A stretch of 64,000 nucleotides of DNA, taken from Dehalococcoidia bacterium. GTDB lineage: Bacteria; Chloroflexota; Dehalococcoidia; UBA2979. The notes below the pieces were generated by a model. It was not told where the DNA came from and did not search any database. It saw nothing but the letters and a program-made list of their open reading frames with translations. The stretch lies in assembly GCA_022451865.1 (NCBI GenBank), contig JAKUNM010000001.1:4733-68732 (forward strand). The letters are read 5' to 3'. The position numbers and the translations under genes were made by a program. The stretch's first letter is position 1. Each line of letters starts with the position of its first letter. Shown here piece after piece: positions 51,790 to 62,109 of this stretch.

Positions 51790-54465
51790 TTGGCAACAGT
51801 TAATTCTATTTCTGAATCCACACACCGGCAGGAAATAATACCTCCATCCGTGTCTGATGATCTTACTCCTGCACGTCGTCAATATCTAAAACTTAAGAAC
51901 AAAAACCCAAACGCTATCTTATTTTTCAGAATGGGTGATTTTTATGAAACATTTGATGATGATGCTAAGGTAATTTCAGCAGAACTTGGTCTGGCTCTAA
52001 CATCTCGACCTATGGGTAAATCAGAAGGTCGAATTCCATTGGCTGGTATTCCTTATCATCAATTAGATCGATATTTAGATCGATTGCTTAATGCGGGACA
52101 TAAAGTTGCTATCGCTGAGCAAGTAAGTGAACCTGGCAAAGGTTTGGTTGAGCGACGTATTGTTCGAGTCGTCACTCCAGGTACTATCGACAGTGACAGT
52201 TTATTTACTGCTGGTTTTCATAATTGGCTATGTTCGAGTGTCCCTGTTGTTAATAGCTCTTCACAAACAACATTATGGGGATTTGCTGCCTGTGATGTGA
52301 CAACCGGGGAGATTGAAATGCAAATCCTCACTGATGAAGGTTTACTCAACGAACTTTCTAGATTGCGACCTAGTGAATTAATTGTTCCTCCAAAAACTGT
52401 TTTACCATCTGAACAAATCCTTAAGGACATTTATTTGACAGTTCGTCCTTCTGAATTTTTTGTTAGTTCAAAAGCTAAACAGAAATTAAGAAAACTATTC
52501 AAAGATTCTATTGAACAAAATTTTAATGATATTTACATGGACCCTGCCCTTGGTGCTGTTGGATCTTTAGTTAGTTATTTGGAAGAAACATGGGAAAGTG
52601 CGATGGCAAATCTCCGATATCCTGTGTTTATTGGTTCATCTCAATTTATGGTAATTGATGCACAAACTCAGAAAAATTTAGAAATTTTTTCTTCCTCAGG
52701 GTCAGATCGGCGGAGTGGTTCATTACTCAATTCTATTGATAAGACCTTAACTGCCATGGGTAAAAGACTGCTTGTGCAACGTTTGGGAAGACCTTTATTA
52801 GATGTAGAAGCTCTTGAAAGACGTTTAAATCAAATACAAACCTTTACAGAATCTACGAAGATAAGAGATCTTTTGCGGCATTATCTTATTGATATTCCTG
52901 ATATGGAAAGGTTAACTGCACGAATTAGAGGTGGCCCCTATAATGCAAGAGATTTTGTAAAGTTACGATTTGGTTTAGAGAAAATTGTTTCTATTGATGA
53001 AATATTATCTGTTACTAATCAAGAGCTATCTGATATAAGTCACGATAATCTATCTAGAGTTACAGATCTGCTGTCGATTTTGCGAGCAGGTATTAATGAT
53101 GATCCTCCAGTTGATCTATCAGATGGTGGAACAATTCGATCAGGTTATAGCAAAGAAGTTGATGATTTAAGATTGATAGCAAGTTCCGCGCGCGAGAAAT
53201 TAAGTGATCTCGAATTACTCGAGCGACAACGTACAGGCCTACAGTCACTTAAAATTGGATATCATCGCGTGCATGGTTATTATATAGAACTATCTAAGGC
53301 TCAATCACAAGATGCTCCCCAAGAATATGTGCCACGACAAACTTTAGTATCATCGCAACGATTTGGTTATGCACCTCTTGATTCTCTTGAGAAAGAGATA
53401 TTAAGTAGCGCTGAAAATTTGTTGGCTGTTGAGCAAAGTGTCCTAGAAAAAATTGGTTCTGTAGTCACTGCAGCGAGTGAATTGTTGTTAGCCGCCTCTA
53501 AAACAATAGCAATTCTTGATGTTAGTACATCATTAGCTCAGATAGCTGTTGATTATGAGTATGTAAGACCACTTTATACGAAAACTGGTTCGCTCGATAT
53601 AATTGAAGGTCGACATCCAGTTTTAGAACAATCATTAGAACTGGGTGGCTTTATACCGAATGATATTTCATTAGGTTCCAATGCTGATATTATTCTACTT
53701 ACCGGACCAAATATGGGTGGAAAATCAACTTATCTGCGGCAAGTTGCTTTGATTTTTCTTTTAGCTCAGTGTGGTAGTTTTGTTCCTGCCAATAAAGCCA
53801 CTATTCCACTACGTGATAGGATTTTTTCACGTGTTGGCGCACAGGATAATTTAGCAGCTGGACAATCGACTTTTATGGTTGAAATGCTTGAGACGGCGGT
53901 TATCTTGAACAAAGCTACGGAAGATTCATTAGTTCTGTTGGATGAGGTTGGCCGAGGAACTTCGACATATGATGGTTTAGCAATTGCTCAAGCAACTATA
54001 GAGCATTTGTATAATTCTTTACTAGGTACTCCACTTACTTTATTTGCGACTCATTATCGAGAGCTAACTGAAATTGTTTCTTCCTTTGATCGCATTAAGA
54101 ATTGTTCTGTTTCGGTAAAAGAAACTTCTGAAGGATATGTTTTTTTGCATCAAATTATTGAAGGCTCTTCAGATCGATCATATGGCATTCATGTCGCAAA
54201 ACTTGCAGGACTTCCTCCCACTGCAGTACTAAGAGCTGCAGAACTAGTAAAGATTTTTGAATCGAGTAATGATTTGGAAATTCAAACTTCAGAAATAATT
54301 AATTCCTTTAGTGATGAACTAGATCAAAAATCAGAGATATTTAACTTGGCTGGGAAAATTGCAAAACTAGACTTAGACCATCTTTCTCCACTGGAAGCAC
54401 TTCAAGAACTTTATGAATTGCAATTAATGGTCAATAGTTCTTTAGAATCATCGCAGAATGATTGA
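51790..54465 (+). CDS. mutS: DNA mismatch repair protein MutS (start uncertain: TTG 51790 or GTG 51850)
   Basis: TPARRQY, FFRMGDFYETF, TGPNMGGKSTYLRQ, STFMVEM, DEVGRGTST and SYGIHVA motifs. Confidence 0.96.
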   Translation: MATVNSISESTHRQEIIPPSVSDDLTPARRQYLKLKNKNPNAILFFRMGDFYETFDDDAKVISAELGLALTSRPMGKSEGRIPLAGIPYHQLDRYLDRLLNAGHKVAIAEQVSEPGKGLVERRIVRVVTPGTIDSDSLFTAGFHNWLCSSVPVVNSSSQTTLWGFAACDVTTGEIEMQILTDEGLLNELSRLRPSELIVPPKTVLPSEQILKDIYLTVRPSEFFVSSKAKQKLRKLFKDSIEQNFNDIYMDPALGAVGSLVSYLEETWESAMANLRYPVFIGSSQFMVIDAQTQKNLEIFSSSGSDRRSGSLLNSIDKTLTAMGKRLLVQRLGRPLLDVEALERRLNQIQTFTESTKIRDLLRHYLIDIPDMERLTARIRGGPYNARDFVKLRFGLEKIVSIDEILSVTNQELSDISHDNLSRVTDLLSILRAGINDDPPVDLSDGGTIRSGYSKEVDDLRLIASSAREKLSDLELLERQRTGLQSLKIGYHRVHGYYIELSKAQSQDAPQEYVPRQTLVSSQRFGYAPLDSLEKEILSSAENLLAVEQSVLEKIGSVVTAASELLLAASKTIAILDVSTSLAQIAVDYEYVRPLYTKTGSLDIIEGRHPVLEQSLELGGFIPNDISLGSNADIILLTGPNMGGKSTYLRQVALIFLLAQCGSFVPANKATIPLRDRIFSRVGAQDNLAAGQSTFMVEMLETAVILNKATEDSLVLLDEVGRGTSTYDGLAIAQATIEHLYNSLLGTPLTLFATHYRELTEIVSSFDRIKNCSVSVKETSEGYVFLHQIIEGSSDRSYGIHVAKLAGLPPTAVLRAAELVKIFESSNDLEIQTSEIINSFSDELDQKSEIFNLAGKIAKLDLDHLSPLEALQELYELQLMVNSSLESSQND

Positions 54466-54479
54466 ATTTGTAGGGGCAT

Positions 54480-56291
54480 ATGATAAAAAATACAATTGCT
54501 CGCATTGAGATACTTCCTGAAGATATTGCTGCACGTATAGCCGCAGGTGAAGTAATTGAAAGACCTGCAAGCGTAGTAAAAGAGTTGGTTGAGAATTCAA
54601 TAGATGCCGGAGCCACTCGAGTTGATATTTCTATTGATGAAGGAGGAATTTCTTCCATTCGTGTGCGCGATAATGGACATGGGATACCCTCTGATCAAAT
54701 AAATAATGCTTTTATTAGACACGCTACATCAAAATTAAAAACAATTGATGATCTCTATTCTGTTCGTACTTTAGGATTTCGCGGTGAAGCTTTGGCTTCG
54801 ATTGTTGCTGCTGGTAATGTTGATTTGATTACAAGAACAGCATCTGATCTCAATGCATCATTTATGCAATTTAACTCTGGAACACATGGTGAAATTTTAC
54901 CTTATGCAGCTGCAAAAGGAACTTCTGTAGAAGTAAATGATCTTTTTGCAATGTTACCAGCACGTAGAAAATTTATTGGCAAGCCTTTGTCCGAGAAACG
55001 TGCAGTAGTTCGTTTAGTCGAAGAATATATTATTGGTTATCCCTCTATACGTTTTGTCCTCATGGATGGAAATAAAATACTGCTTAAATCTAGTGGTAAT
55101 GGAGTCTTGCAAGAAGCTATCGCCACGGTTCATGGGAATGAAGTTGCAGAGACATTAATTCCTTTTAAATATGATGAAGACCTTGGAAGTGAGATGACAA
55201 TTCGAGGGTTTATTGGACCACCTTCCTTACATCGTTCTAACCGAAATTTTATGCATCTATTTGTTCAAAATCGGGCTATCAAATCTCGTAGTCTTAATGT
55301 TGCTATTGAACAATCATATTCCGGTTTGATTCCTCGCAATCGACATCCTGTATCCGTTCTATTGCTACAGCTGCCTGACGAACATGTCGATGTCAATGCG
55401 CATCCCAGAAAAGAATCAGTACGATTTTTAGACGATAGGTCAGTATTTAAAGCTGTTCGTATTGCGGTATCTAAAGGCCTCATGGATAAAAGGAGTCTAG
55501 AAAATCGGCAAGAAGGTTTTTCACGTGAATTTGACATAACAAAAACTGCTAGACAGAAAATTCTTTTGAGTGCTAAATCTTCACTAATTAGATCTGGAAT
55601 AACTGATGAAGTTAAGCATTATTTCGATGTTAATAATAATGTTTCTGATACTCCTCACGATTTTAATACAAATTTTACTTTTGAATTTAGTGATTTAGTT
55701 CCTATCTTGAAACCTATAGGGCAATTTGCTCTGACATATATTATTGCTGAAGGTCCTGAAGGGTTGTATTTGATAGATCAGCATGCAGCACATGAAAGAG
55801 TGCAGTACGAGAAAATTTTGCGAAATCGTAATCAAATTAATGGTGATGTTACCCAACCATTACTTCAAACTATTGTTCTTGAAATGAGTGCTTCAGAACT
55901 AGCTTTTGTAGAGCAAATTTTTGATGAATTACATCAAGTCGGATGGATTTTGGGAAAAACGGATGGTAATGCAATTTTACTTCGAGGTATTCCAGCTATT
56001 CTTAGTACGGATGCCTTACGTAAGAAGCAACCGTTAGATGCAGATCTTCTTTTTCGTGAATATATAGCATCCATGGAGTCTGAGGAAGGTCAAAGTTACC
56101 CTGATCGTGTTGCCGCATCTCTGGCTTGTCGCTCTGCAGTTATGGCTGGCGATATTCTTACTGAAAAACAACAGCGTGTGGTTATCGAAGCTCTTGAAAA
56201 AACTAATAACCCGCAAACCTGTCCTCATGGTCGCCCTACTATGTTGTACTGCCAGCAATTTGATATTGAGAGAGCGTTCTTGAGAAGATAG
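54480..56291 (+). CDS. mutL: DNA mismatch repair endonuclease MutL
   Basis: IAAGEVIERPASVVKELVENS and GFRGEAL, plus endonuclease motifs DQHAAHER, ACR and CPHGRP. Confidence 0.96.
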   Translation: MIKNTIARIEILPEDIAARIAAGEVIERPASVVKELVENSIDAGATRVDISIDEGGISSIRVRDNGHGIPSDQINNAFIRHATSKLKTIDDLYSVRTLGFRGEALASIVAAGNVDLITRTASDLNASFMQFNSGTHGEILPYAAAKGTSVEVNDLFAMLPARRKFIGKPLSEKRAVVRLVEEYIIGYPSIRFVLMDGNKILLKSSGNGVLQEAIATVHGNEVAETLIPFKYDEDLGSEMTIRGFIGPPSLHRSNRNFMHLFVQNRAIKSRSLNVAIEQSYSGLIPRNRHPVSVLLLQLPDEHVDVNAHPRKESVRFLDDRSVFKAVRIAVSKGLMDKRSLENRQEGFSREFDITKTARQKILLSAKSSLIRSGITDEVKHYFDVNNNVSDTPHDFNTNFTFEFSDLVPILKPIGQFALTYIIAEGPEGLYLIDQHAAHERVQYEKILRNRNQINGDVTQPLLQTIVLEMSASELAFVEQIFDELHQVGWILGKTDGNAILLRGIPAILSTDALRKKQPLDADLLFREYIASMESEEGQSYPDRVAASLACRSAVMAGDILTEKQQRVVIEALEKTNNPQTCPHGRPTMLYCQQFDIERAFLRR

Positions 56292-56353
56292 ACTATCTCT
56301 ATGGTGCAATTTAGTTGCAACATACAAAACTATATGTAGCCTATAGAGTCAAT

Positions 56354-56429
56354 GCCGAGATAGCTCAGTTGGTAGAGCACACGACTGAAAATCGTGGTGT
56401 CCCCAGTTCAATCCTGGGTCTCGGCACCA
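56354..56429 (+). tRNA. tRNA-Phe (anticodon GAA)
   Basis: 76-nt cloverleaf GCCGAGA...TCTCGGCACCA with anticodon arm CACGA-CTGAAAA-TCGTG. Confidence 0.97.
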
Positions 56430-56434
56430 TCTTT

Positions 56435-58084
56435 CTAGCTTGCAGGTACCCAACCACCATATACAGGGAATTGGCTGCATATAAATTCTAGATATGCTGG
56501 TTGTCCTTTTTCATTAGCTGCTAGCGCTTCTTCTAGTGCGTTTTCTATTTCATCGGGATCATCAATACGTAATGATAAGTAACCAAGTTCAGCAGCAATT
56601 TTTGACATATTTAATTCATTGTATCCGGTAACTTCGTGCGTATAAGGATCATGCCCATCTCCCCAAAAGCCTGGACCATACCCTGCGAATCCTCCATTCG
56701 CTATATGTACTATGGTGATTCCAAGCTGATATCTGGTGGCTACTTCTAAATTTCCTAGCATATAACCGATACCTGCATCACCGCTTACTGCTACACATTG
56801 TCGGTTGGGGAAAGATAATTTTGCAGCGATAACTCCACCGAAGCTAAAACCCAAAGTTGAAACATTCCCCCAGCCTAAGAATCCTCTCGGGATCGTCGTT
56901 TTATATGCGGTAGATAATTGGTCTCTTGTATTGCCTGATTCATGTGTGAGGAATGAGTTGTATGGGTCTAGTGTGTTTTGGAGACCAGAATATACACGGT
57001 ATGGATTAATTGGTTTGTCCGTTGAGTTCAAGTATTCATTATATTCATTTGTAAACTCATTTTTAGAATTTTCAACTTCTTGGAGTAAATTTTTATTGTG
57101 ATTATGTATAGAATTTTTCTTAAGTTCATTTATTAATGCACGTAAAGAAAGTTGGACGTCACCAATGATGGCATAATCAGTAGGACTCATTTTATTGATA
57201 TCCCATTCGTCAATTATAATTTGAACAATTTTTTTCTGAGATGCATTGGGAATGCCATGGCTAAATCTTCCTGGGGAAAGACTAGCTCCAATTGCAAAGA
57301 TAGTATCACTTTCATTAAGGAATTTTGTTGCAGGTCCTCCTCTTACTCCTATGGATAGGTCGTGCGTTTCAGGAAATGCACCTTTAGCTTTATTTGTAGT
57401 AATAACTGGAGTTTCCATTAGTTCTGCTAATTCTAAAAGTTCATCAGTCGCATTCCCGTAGAGTATGCCTTCTCCAGCAAAAATTAATGGTCTACCTGCA
57501 TCACGTAGGATCTGTGCTGCTTGAGAGACATCTGAAGGATCAGGTCCAGATCTCCATCCTTTAACAGGAATATATGGGTTTGTATTTTCATCGTATTCTC
57601 CTAATCCTCTTGGAATAGCAAGAAATACAGGCCCAGGTCTGCCAGTTCGTAATAATGTAAATGCTCTTCGTAGAAATTGTGGAGTTGATTCCGGGGTATC
57701 GATCCTCGCTGACCATTTTGTAACATGTTTAAAAGCTGCTACTGGGTCAAAAGGTGAATTTTGAGTTTGTCCAGTTGGCACTCCATCGGCAAGCAATAGC
57801 ATGGGGGATCCATCTTCATAAGCCTGGGCCATTGCTCCATATGCTATCTGAAGTCCTGCTGAATTTACGCCTCCCATTACTGTTGCTACACCAATTTTAT
57901 TTCCATTGTTAAGCCTTGAATATGCATCTGCAACTGCAGGTGCATAGCGATCGTCACGCATCATGACTAAGCGCATATTTTCTTTTCCCAGTGCATTATT
58001 GACTGCATTTGTGGGGAAAGTTGAAACAAATTCAACGCCTTCAGATTTTAAAATTTTTGCTATACCTACTTCTGGTGTGATCAT
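56435..58084 (-). CDS. Thiamine diphosphate-dependent enzyme (acetolactate synthase-like superfamily)
   Basis: ADAYSR, RAF..LRTGRPGPV and a GDA..N ThDP-binding motif. Confidence 0.88.
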   Translation of the reverse strand: MITPEVGIAKILKSEGVEFVSTFPTNAVNNALGKENMRLVMMRDDRYAPAVADAYSRLNNGNKIGVATVMGGVNSAGLQIAYGAMAQAYEDGSPMLLLADGVPTGQTQNSPFDPVAAFKHVTKWSARIDTPESTPQFLRRAFTLLRTGRPGPVFLAIPRGLGEYDENTNPYIPVKGWRSGPDPSDVSQAAQILRDAGRPLIFAGEGILYGNATDELLELAELMETPVITTNKAKGAFPETHDLSIGVRGGPATKFLNESDTIFAIGASLSPGRFSHGIPNASQKKIVQIIIDEWDINKMSPTDYAIIGDVQLSLRALINELKKNSIHNHNKNLLQEVENSKNEFTNEYNEYLNSTDKPINPYRVYSGLQNTLDPYNSFLTHESGNTRDQLSTAYKTTIPRGFLGWGNVSTLGFSFGGVIAAKLSFPNRQCVAVSGDAGIGYMLGNLEVATRYQLGITIVHIANGGFAGYGPGFWGDGHDPYTHEVTGYNELNMSKIAAELGYLSLRIDDPDEIENALEEALAANEKGQPAYLEFICSQFPVYGGWVPAS

Positions 58085-58292
58085 TATATTGGTTACTCCA
58101 TGCTGTTTTTGCCAATGAATTGTTAATCGATGTATAGATTAAGTCTCAACAAAATACAAGAGGAAAAGAAACAATACATGTTTTTTTAAAAAAAATGACA
58201 ATATTTTTTATTAATTGTCCATTACATCAACCTAAAGTTTTGGTGCGTGATGAATATGCCTGCTATTATCCTAAGGTTTGATAGAGGTTTAT

Positions 58293-59147
58293 ATGGGAAG
58301 AATTTTTGTCATAGGCGGTGGTTTAGGTGTCGGTGCAACAACAATTGCGGTTGGGCTTACAAAATATTTAATTGATAAAGGCTATGCTATCTCCTTAGAT
58401 CGATTTGGCAGTGATGATCGTGCTAACGATGATTTTCAATTATTTAAGGATCTAGGGTTCAGTAGAGAGAATGCCCCTCTAACTTTAGATCAAATTTCTG
58501 TGCCACCTACTGAAGGCTTAATTCAAATTATTGAACTTCCGCATGATACTGAAATTGATGTAATTCATCGTCAATTTGAAGCACGAATAGTATATGTACA
58601 AGCAATGGGAACTGAAAAAATCGCCCCTGATGAAAGTATTATCTTCTTAAATCGTGCTAGTGAATCTAGTGTTGGAGTATTGATGGAAGACAGGTGCTTA
58701 GCTTCTCCACGTGTAATTGATTTGGTTGGTGTAAGTAACGCAGACGTCCTCGTTTATTCAAGTGAAGGGCAAAATGCCATTTGTGAGAATATTGTGGCAG
58801 GTGCAATTTCGCATGATCCAGCAGATGATTATTTCCAACGCTTTGCCAACTCAGCTATCGTTACTCGTAATGGTCGTGTTGACCTTGCATTGGCAGCGAT
58901 GCTTTCTGGTGCGAAATGCTTAATTTTAAGTGGTGGCGGAAACCCTAGTCCTTATATTTTAGACCGAGCAGCTTCTGATCGTTCTACAACTATCCTACTA
59001 ACTAAAGATTCGACTGTTGCTACGTTAAAAAATATTCAAGGTGCATTTGGGATAGCGCCTTTCTCAGGCGACGAAAAGATCGAAAAAATTACGCAATTGT
59101 TTATAGATGTAATTGATGATGAATTAGTGCGAGCACTAACAGTATAG
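58293..59147 (+). CDS. Stand-alone BioD-like/DRTGG-domain protein (Pta N-terminal-like)
   Basis: Degenerate P-loop GVGATT, then AIVTRNGRVDLALAA, CLILSGG and DST; GAGG RBS before ATG 58293. Confidence 0.65.
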   Translation: MGRIFVIGGGLGVGATTIAVGLTKYLIDKGYAISLDRFGSDDRANDDFQLFKDLGFSRENAPLTLDQISVPPTEGLIQIIELPHDTEIDVIHRQFEARIVYVQAMGTEKIAPDESIIFLNRASESSVGVLMEDRCLASPRVIDLVGVSNADVLVYSSEGQNAICENIVAGAISHDPADDYFQRFANSAIVTRNGRVDLALAAMLSGAKCLILSGGGNPSPYILDRAASDRSTTILLTKDSTVATLKNIQGAFGIAPFSGDEKIEKITQLFIDVIDDELVRALTV

Positions 59148-59160
59148 AAGTTTAAACATC

Positions 59161-61359
59161 CTACCTAGGACTTAAGGGTGCAAATGACAGCATTAACTTC
59201 TTAATTCCTTGCCCTTCAAATGCAACTATTATTTGCTGATCATCCTGAAGTACTGTGCATTCTATGACTGTGCCATTTCCGAATTTTTTGTGAACAACTT
59301 GGTCTCCAGGTTGATAGCTTGCTATTTGTAATTTGAGATTTTCTTGTTTTTCTGTTTGTCGAGTTTGAGCAGCTCCTCTTAATCCACGTTCTTTTATTTC
59401 AGTAGTAAAGGTAGTTTCTCTAAAAGGGTATTGAAGGTTTTCTTCAGATATATCATTTAAGAACCTTGAAGGAGGATTATTTCTGAATGTCCCATAAAGA
59501 AAACGACTCGCCGATCTCGTAAGATAAAGGATATGTTCTGCACGAGTCATTCCTACATAAAAGACACGTCGCTCCTCTTCTAATTGTTTTGGATCATCAA
59601 AAGAACGAATTGAAGGAAGTAATCCTTCCTCCAATCCAGGCATAAAAACAACAGGAAACTCTAATCCTTTTGCCGAATGGAGACTAGTTAATGTGACAGT
59701 TGGGGTTTCATCATTAGGACCATCGACATCTGAAACGAGTGCAATTTCCTCTAAAAATTGCGATAAAGTCGAATCTGGTGATACATCCTGATAGAGAGTA
59801 GCAACTGATCTAAGTTCTTCGATATTTTCCCAACGTCCTTCAGCATGTTCTGTATCAGTTTCTGTTAGATGTTCCCGGTAGTTGATGGTGGATAATAATT
59901 TATCTAAAAGTTCTATGATTGTGTTTTGTTTTGAATATTCTTCGAGCATTTCGATTTGGTGGACTAACTGTTGTAGGTTTTCCTTTCTTCTACTAGTAAA
60001 AGTTGGGAAACGGGAGTCATTATTAGTAATACCAGCACAGACATCAATTGGTGATATTCCTAGCTCTAGTGAAGAATTTAAGATTTGCTCCAGTGATTTT
60101 TTACCAATATTTCTTTTTGGAATATTTACTATCCTTTGAAATGCAAAGCTATCGAATGGATTATAGATGACTCTTAAGTATGCAATGACATCTCGAATTT
60201 CCAGTCGATCATAAAATCGAGTTCCACCAACAATCCTGTAAGGTATAGATTTTCGAATAAGTGCATCTTCAATTGCACGTGATTGTGCATTGATACGGTA
60301 CATAACTGCAAAATCCGAATAATTGTATCTTGTATTTTGGGTTAAGCGACGTATTTCATCAGCAATAAATTGTCCTTCTGTATCACTGTCTGTAGCAGTA
60401 TAGCTGTATACTTTTTCTCCTTGTGGATTATTAGTCCATGTAGATTTATTCGGTCGATTCGGTAGCTGGTTAATTACTGAATCAGCAGCTTTAAGTATAT
60501 GCTCAGTACTGCGATAATTTTGTTCAAGTAAGATTGTTTGTACTGTTGGGAAGTCTCTTCGTAAGTATTCAATATTTCGAATATCCGCAGCACGCCATGA
60601 GTAGATTGATTGATCTGGATCACCTACGACAGTTATATTTTTGTGAGTAGATGCTATCAATTGTGCGATTTGATACTGAATAACGTTAGTGTCTTGGAAT
60701 TCATCGATTAACGTATGGATATAACGGCTTGTGTACTTTTCAAGTATTAGTGCACTATTCTCAAAAAGTTCTAGAGTTTTTCCTAATAAATCATCAAAAT
60801 CTACTGCGCCACTTTGAGATAAACCTTTTGTGTATTCTTTGAATACTCTTCCAACTACTTCTTCGAAATAATTTTCAACATTTTTTTGGTATGTGGAATC
60901 AGTAAATCTTTTGTTTTTAGCACTGGAAATTGTCGATAGTATTTGTCGAGGTGGAAATTTTTTCGAATCTATGTTTAAGTTTGATTGAATCTGGCGAATT
61001 AAAGCTAATTGATCTGCTGTATCATATATAACAAAATTGGTTGGCAGATCTATTTTACTTCCATCTACCCTTAATATCCGCGCACATATCGAATGGAACG
61101 TTCCCATTGATAATGATATTGCTTTATCACCGAGTAACTGATGTATACGTTCTCGCATTTCCCGTGCAGCTTTATTTGTGAAAGTTACTGCTAAAATTCG
61201 ATGGGGATCGATATTTAATGATTCTATAAGGTATGCAATCCTATGAGTGATAACTCTAGTTTTTCCTGAACCTGGACCTGCTAAGATAATAAGAGGCCCA
61301 GACGGAGTTTCGACAGCAAGTTGTTGATTATCATTAAGTTCAGTGTTCATATTTTTCAT
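59161..61359 (-). CDS. pcrA: ATP-dependent DNA helicase PcrA/UvrD
   Basis: AGPGSGKT, VTFTNKAA, DEFQDTN, VGDPDQSIYSWR, HSAKGLEF and EEERR motifs; C-terminal tudor-like domain. Confidence 0.95.
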   Translation of the reverse strand: MKNMNTELNDNQQLAVETPSGPLIILAGPGSGKTRVITHRIAYLIESLNIDPHRILAVTFTNKAAREMRERIHQLLGDKAISLSMGTFHSICARILRVDGSKIDLPTNFVIYDTADQLALIRQIQSNLNIDSKKFPPRQILSTISSAKNKRFTDSTYQKNVENYFEEVVGRVFKEYTKGLSQSGAVDFDDLLGKTLELFENSALILEKYTSRYIHTLIDEFQDTNVIQYQIAQLIASTHKNITVVGDPDQSIYSWRAADIRNIEYLRRDFPTVQTILLEQNYRSTEHILKAADSVINQLPNRPNKSTWTNNPQGEKVYSYTATDSDTEGQFIADEIRRLTQNTRYNYSDFAVMYRINAQSRAIEDALIRKSIPYRIVGGTRFYDRLEIRDVIAYLRVIYNPFDSFAFQRIVNIPKRNIGKKSLEQILNSSLELGISPIDVCAGITNNDSRFPTFTSRRKENLQQLVHQIEMLEEYSKQNTIIELLDKLLSTINYREHLTETDTEHAEGRWENIEELRSVATLYQDVSPDSTLSQFLEEIALVSDVDGPNDETPTVTLTSLHSAKGLEFPVVFMPGLEEGLLPSIRSFDDPKQLEEERRVFYVGMTRAEHILYLTRSASRFLYGTFRNNPPSRFLNDISEENLQYPFRETTFTTEIKERGLRGAAQTRQTEKQENLKLQIASYQPGDQVVHKKFGNGTVIECTVLQDDQQIIVAFEGQGIKKLMLSFAPLSPR

Positions 61360-61446
61360 ATCTATCAATTCTACGATTTATTATTTTTCTGGGGTAACAT
61401 GGAACGAGTGATCTTCGCAATCCTATATCCTCATGGAGGTGAATAC

Positions 61447-62109
61447 TTGGAAATATTGCTAAGCTGGCCTGGGGGCGATTGGCAAACCACACTGAGACTA
61501 GTTGGTGCAGTGGTTGCTGGCTATTTTCTTCTGTTGTGGGCGACATATATTTTATGGGTTGCTAGGGATATCCGCTTGCGTACTCATGACCCTGTATCAC
61601 AAATTATTGCGATTTTGATAGCGATAATTTTACCTTTTGTTACATTCCCTATTTATATAACTCTTAGACCACGAGAAACTTTACAAGATTCTTATCTGAA
61701 ATTACTTGAACGTGAAGTCCTTTTTTCTCAATTGGAAGAAATACAAAATAATTCTCAAGTTTTTCAATCTAATGACTTGAATTCATTGGGAAGTACATTA
61801 TTAGCTGAGATGGATGCACATGAATTAATCGAATCATCTGAACCTACTCTTTTCTTTGATGACGTTGATGAGATCGAGTTCGATGAGTTTGATTCTCAAG
61901 TGAGATATTCACTAACATCTTCAGAGGATGAAGTCATAAATGAGGACATCGAGGAGTTCTCTCTAGAGGATGAAGTCATAAATGAGGACATCGAGGATAT
62001 TTTTTTCAGGATCTTTGTTATCAATCTCGAAATTTACTTCTTCAATTTCATCAAAAGAAAGTTTTTGGGGAGATCTCTCGATGTCCTCATTTATGACTTC
62101 ATCCTCTAG
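61447..62109 (+). CDS. Hypothetical membrane protein with an acidic 14-aa repeat tail
   Basis: GGAGG RBS at 61435-61439 before TTG 61447; two TM helices, WVARDIRLR, RPRETL..LEREV, then EDEVINEDIEEFSL repeats. Confidence 0.7.
   Translation: MEILLSWPGGDWQTTLRLVGAVVAGYFLLLWATYILWVARDIRLRTHDPVSQIIAILIAIILPFVTFPIYITLRPRETLQDSYLKLLEREVLFSQLEEIQNNSQVFQSNDLNSLGSTLLAEMDAHELIESSEPTLFFDDVDEIEFDEFDSQVRYSLTSSEDEVINEDIEEFSLEDEVINEDIEDIFFRIFVINLEIYFFNFIKRKFLGRSLDVLIYDFIL
61923..61997 (+). repeat. 42-bp tandem repeat, forward copies (about 1.8 units)
   Basis: AGAGGATGAAGTCATAAATGAGGACATCGAGGAGTTCTCTCT at 61923-61964, plus a partial copy at 61965-61997. Confidence 0.97.

Noticed and set aside
56435..59147. 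xsc-pta taurine/sulfonate degradation pair
   Set aside because: The neighbour lacks the catalytic Pta domain, and I cannot confirm Xsc-specific motifs.
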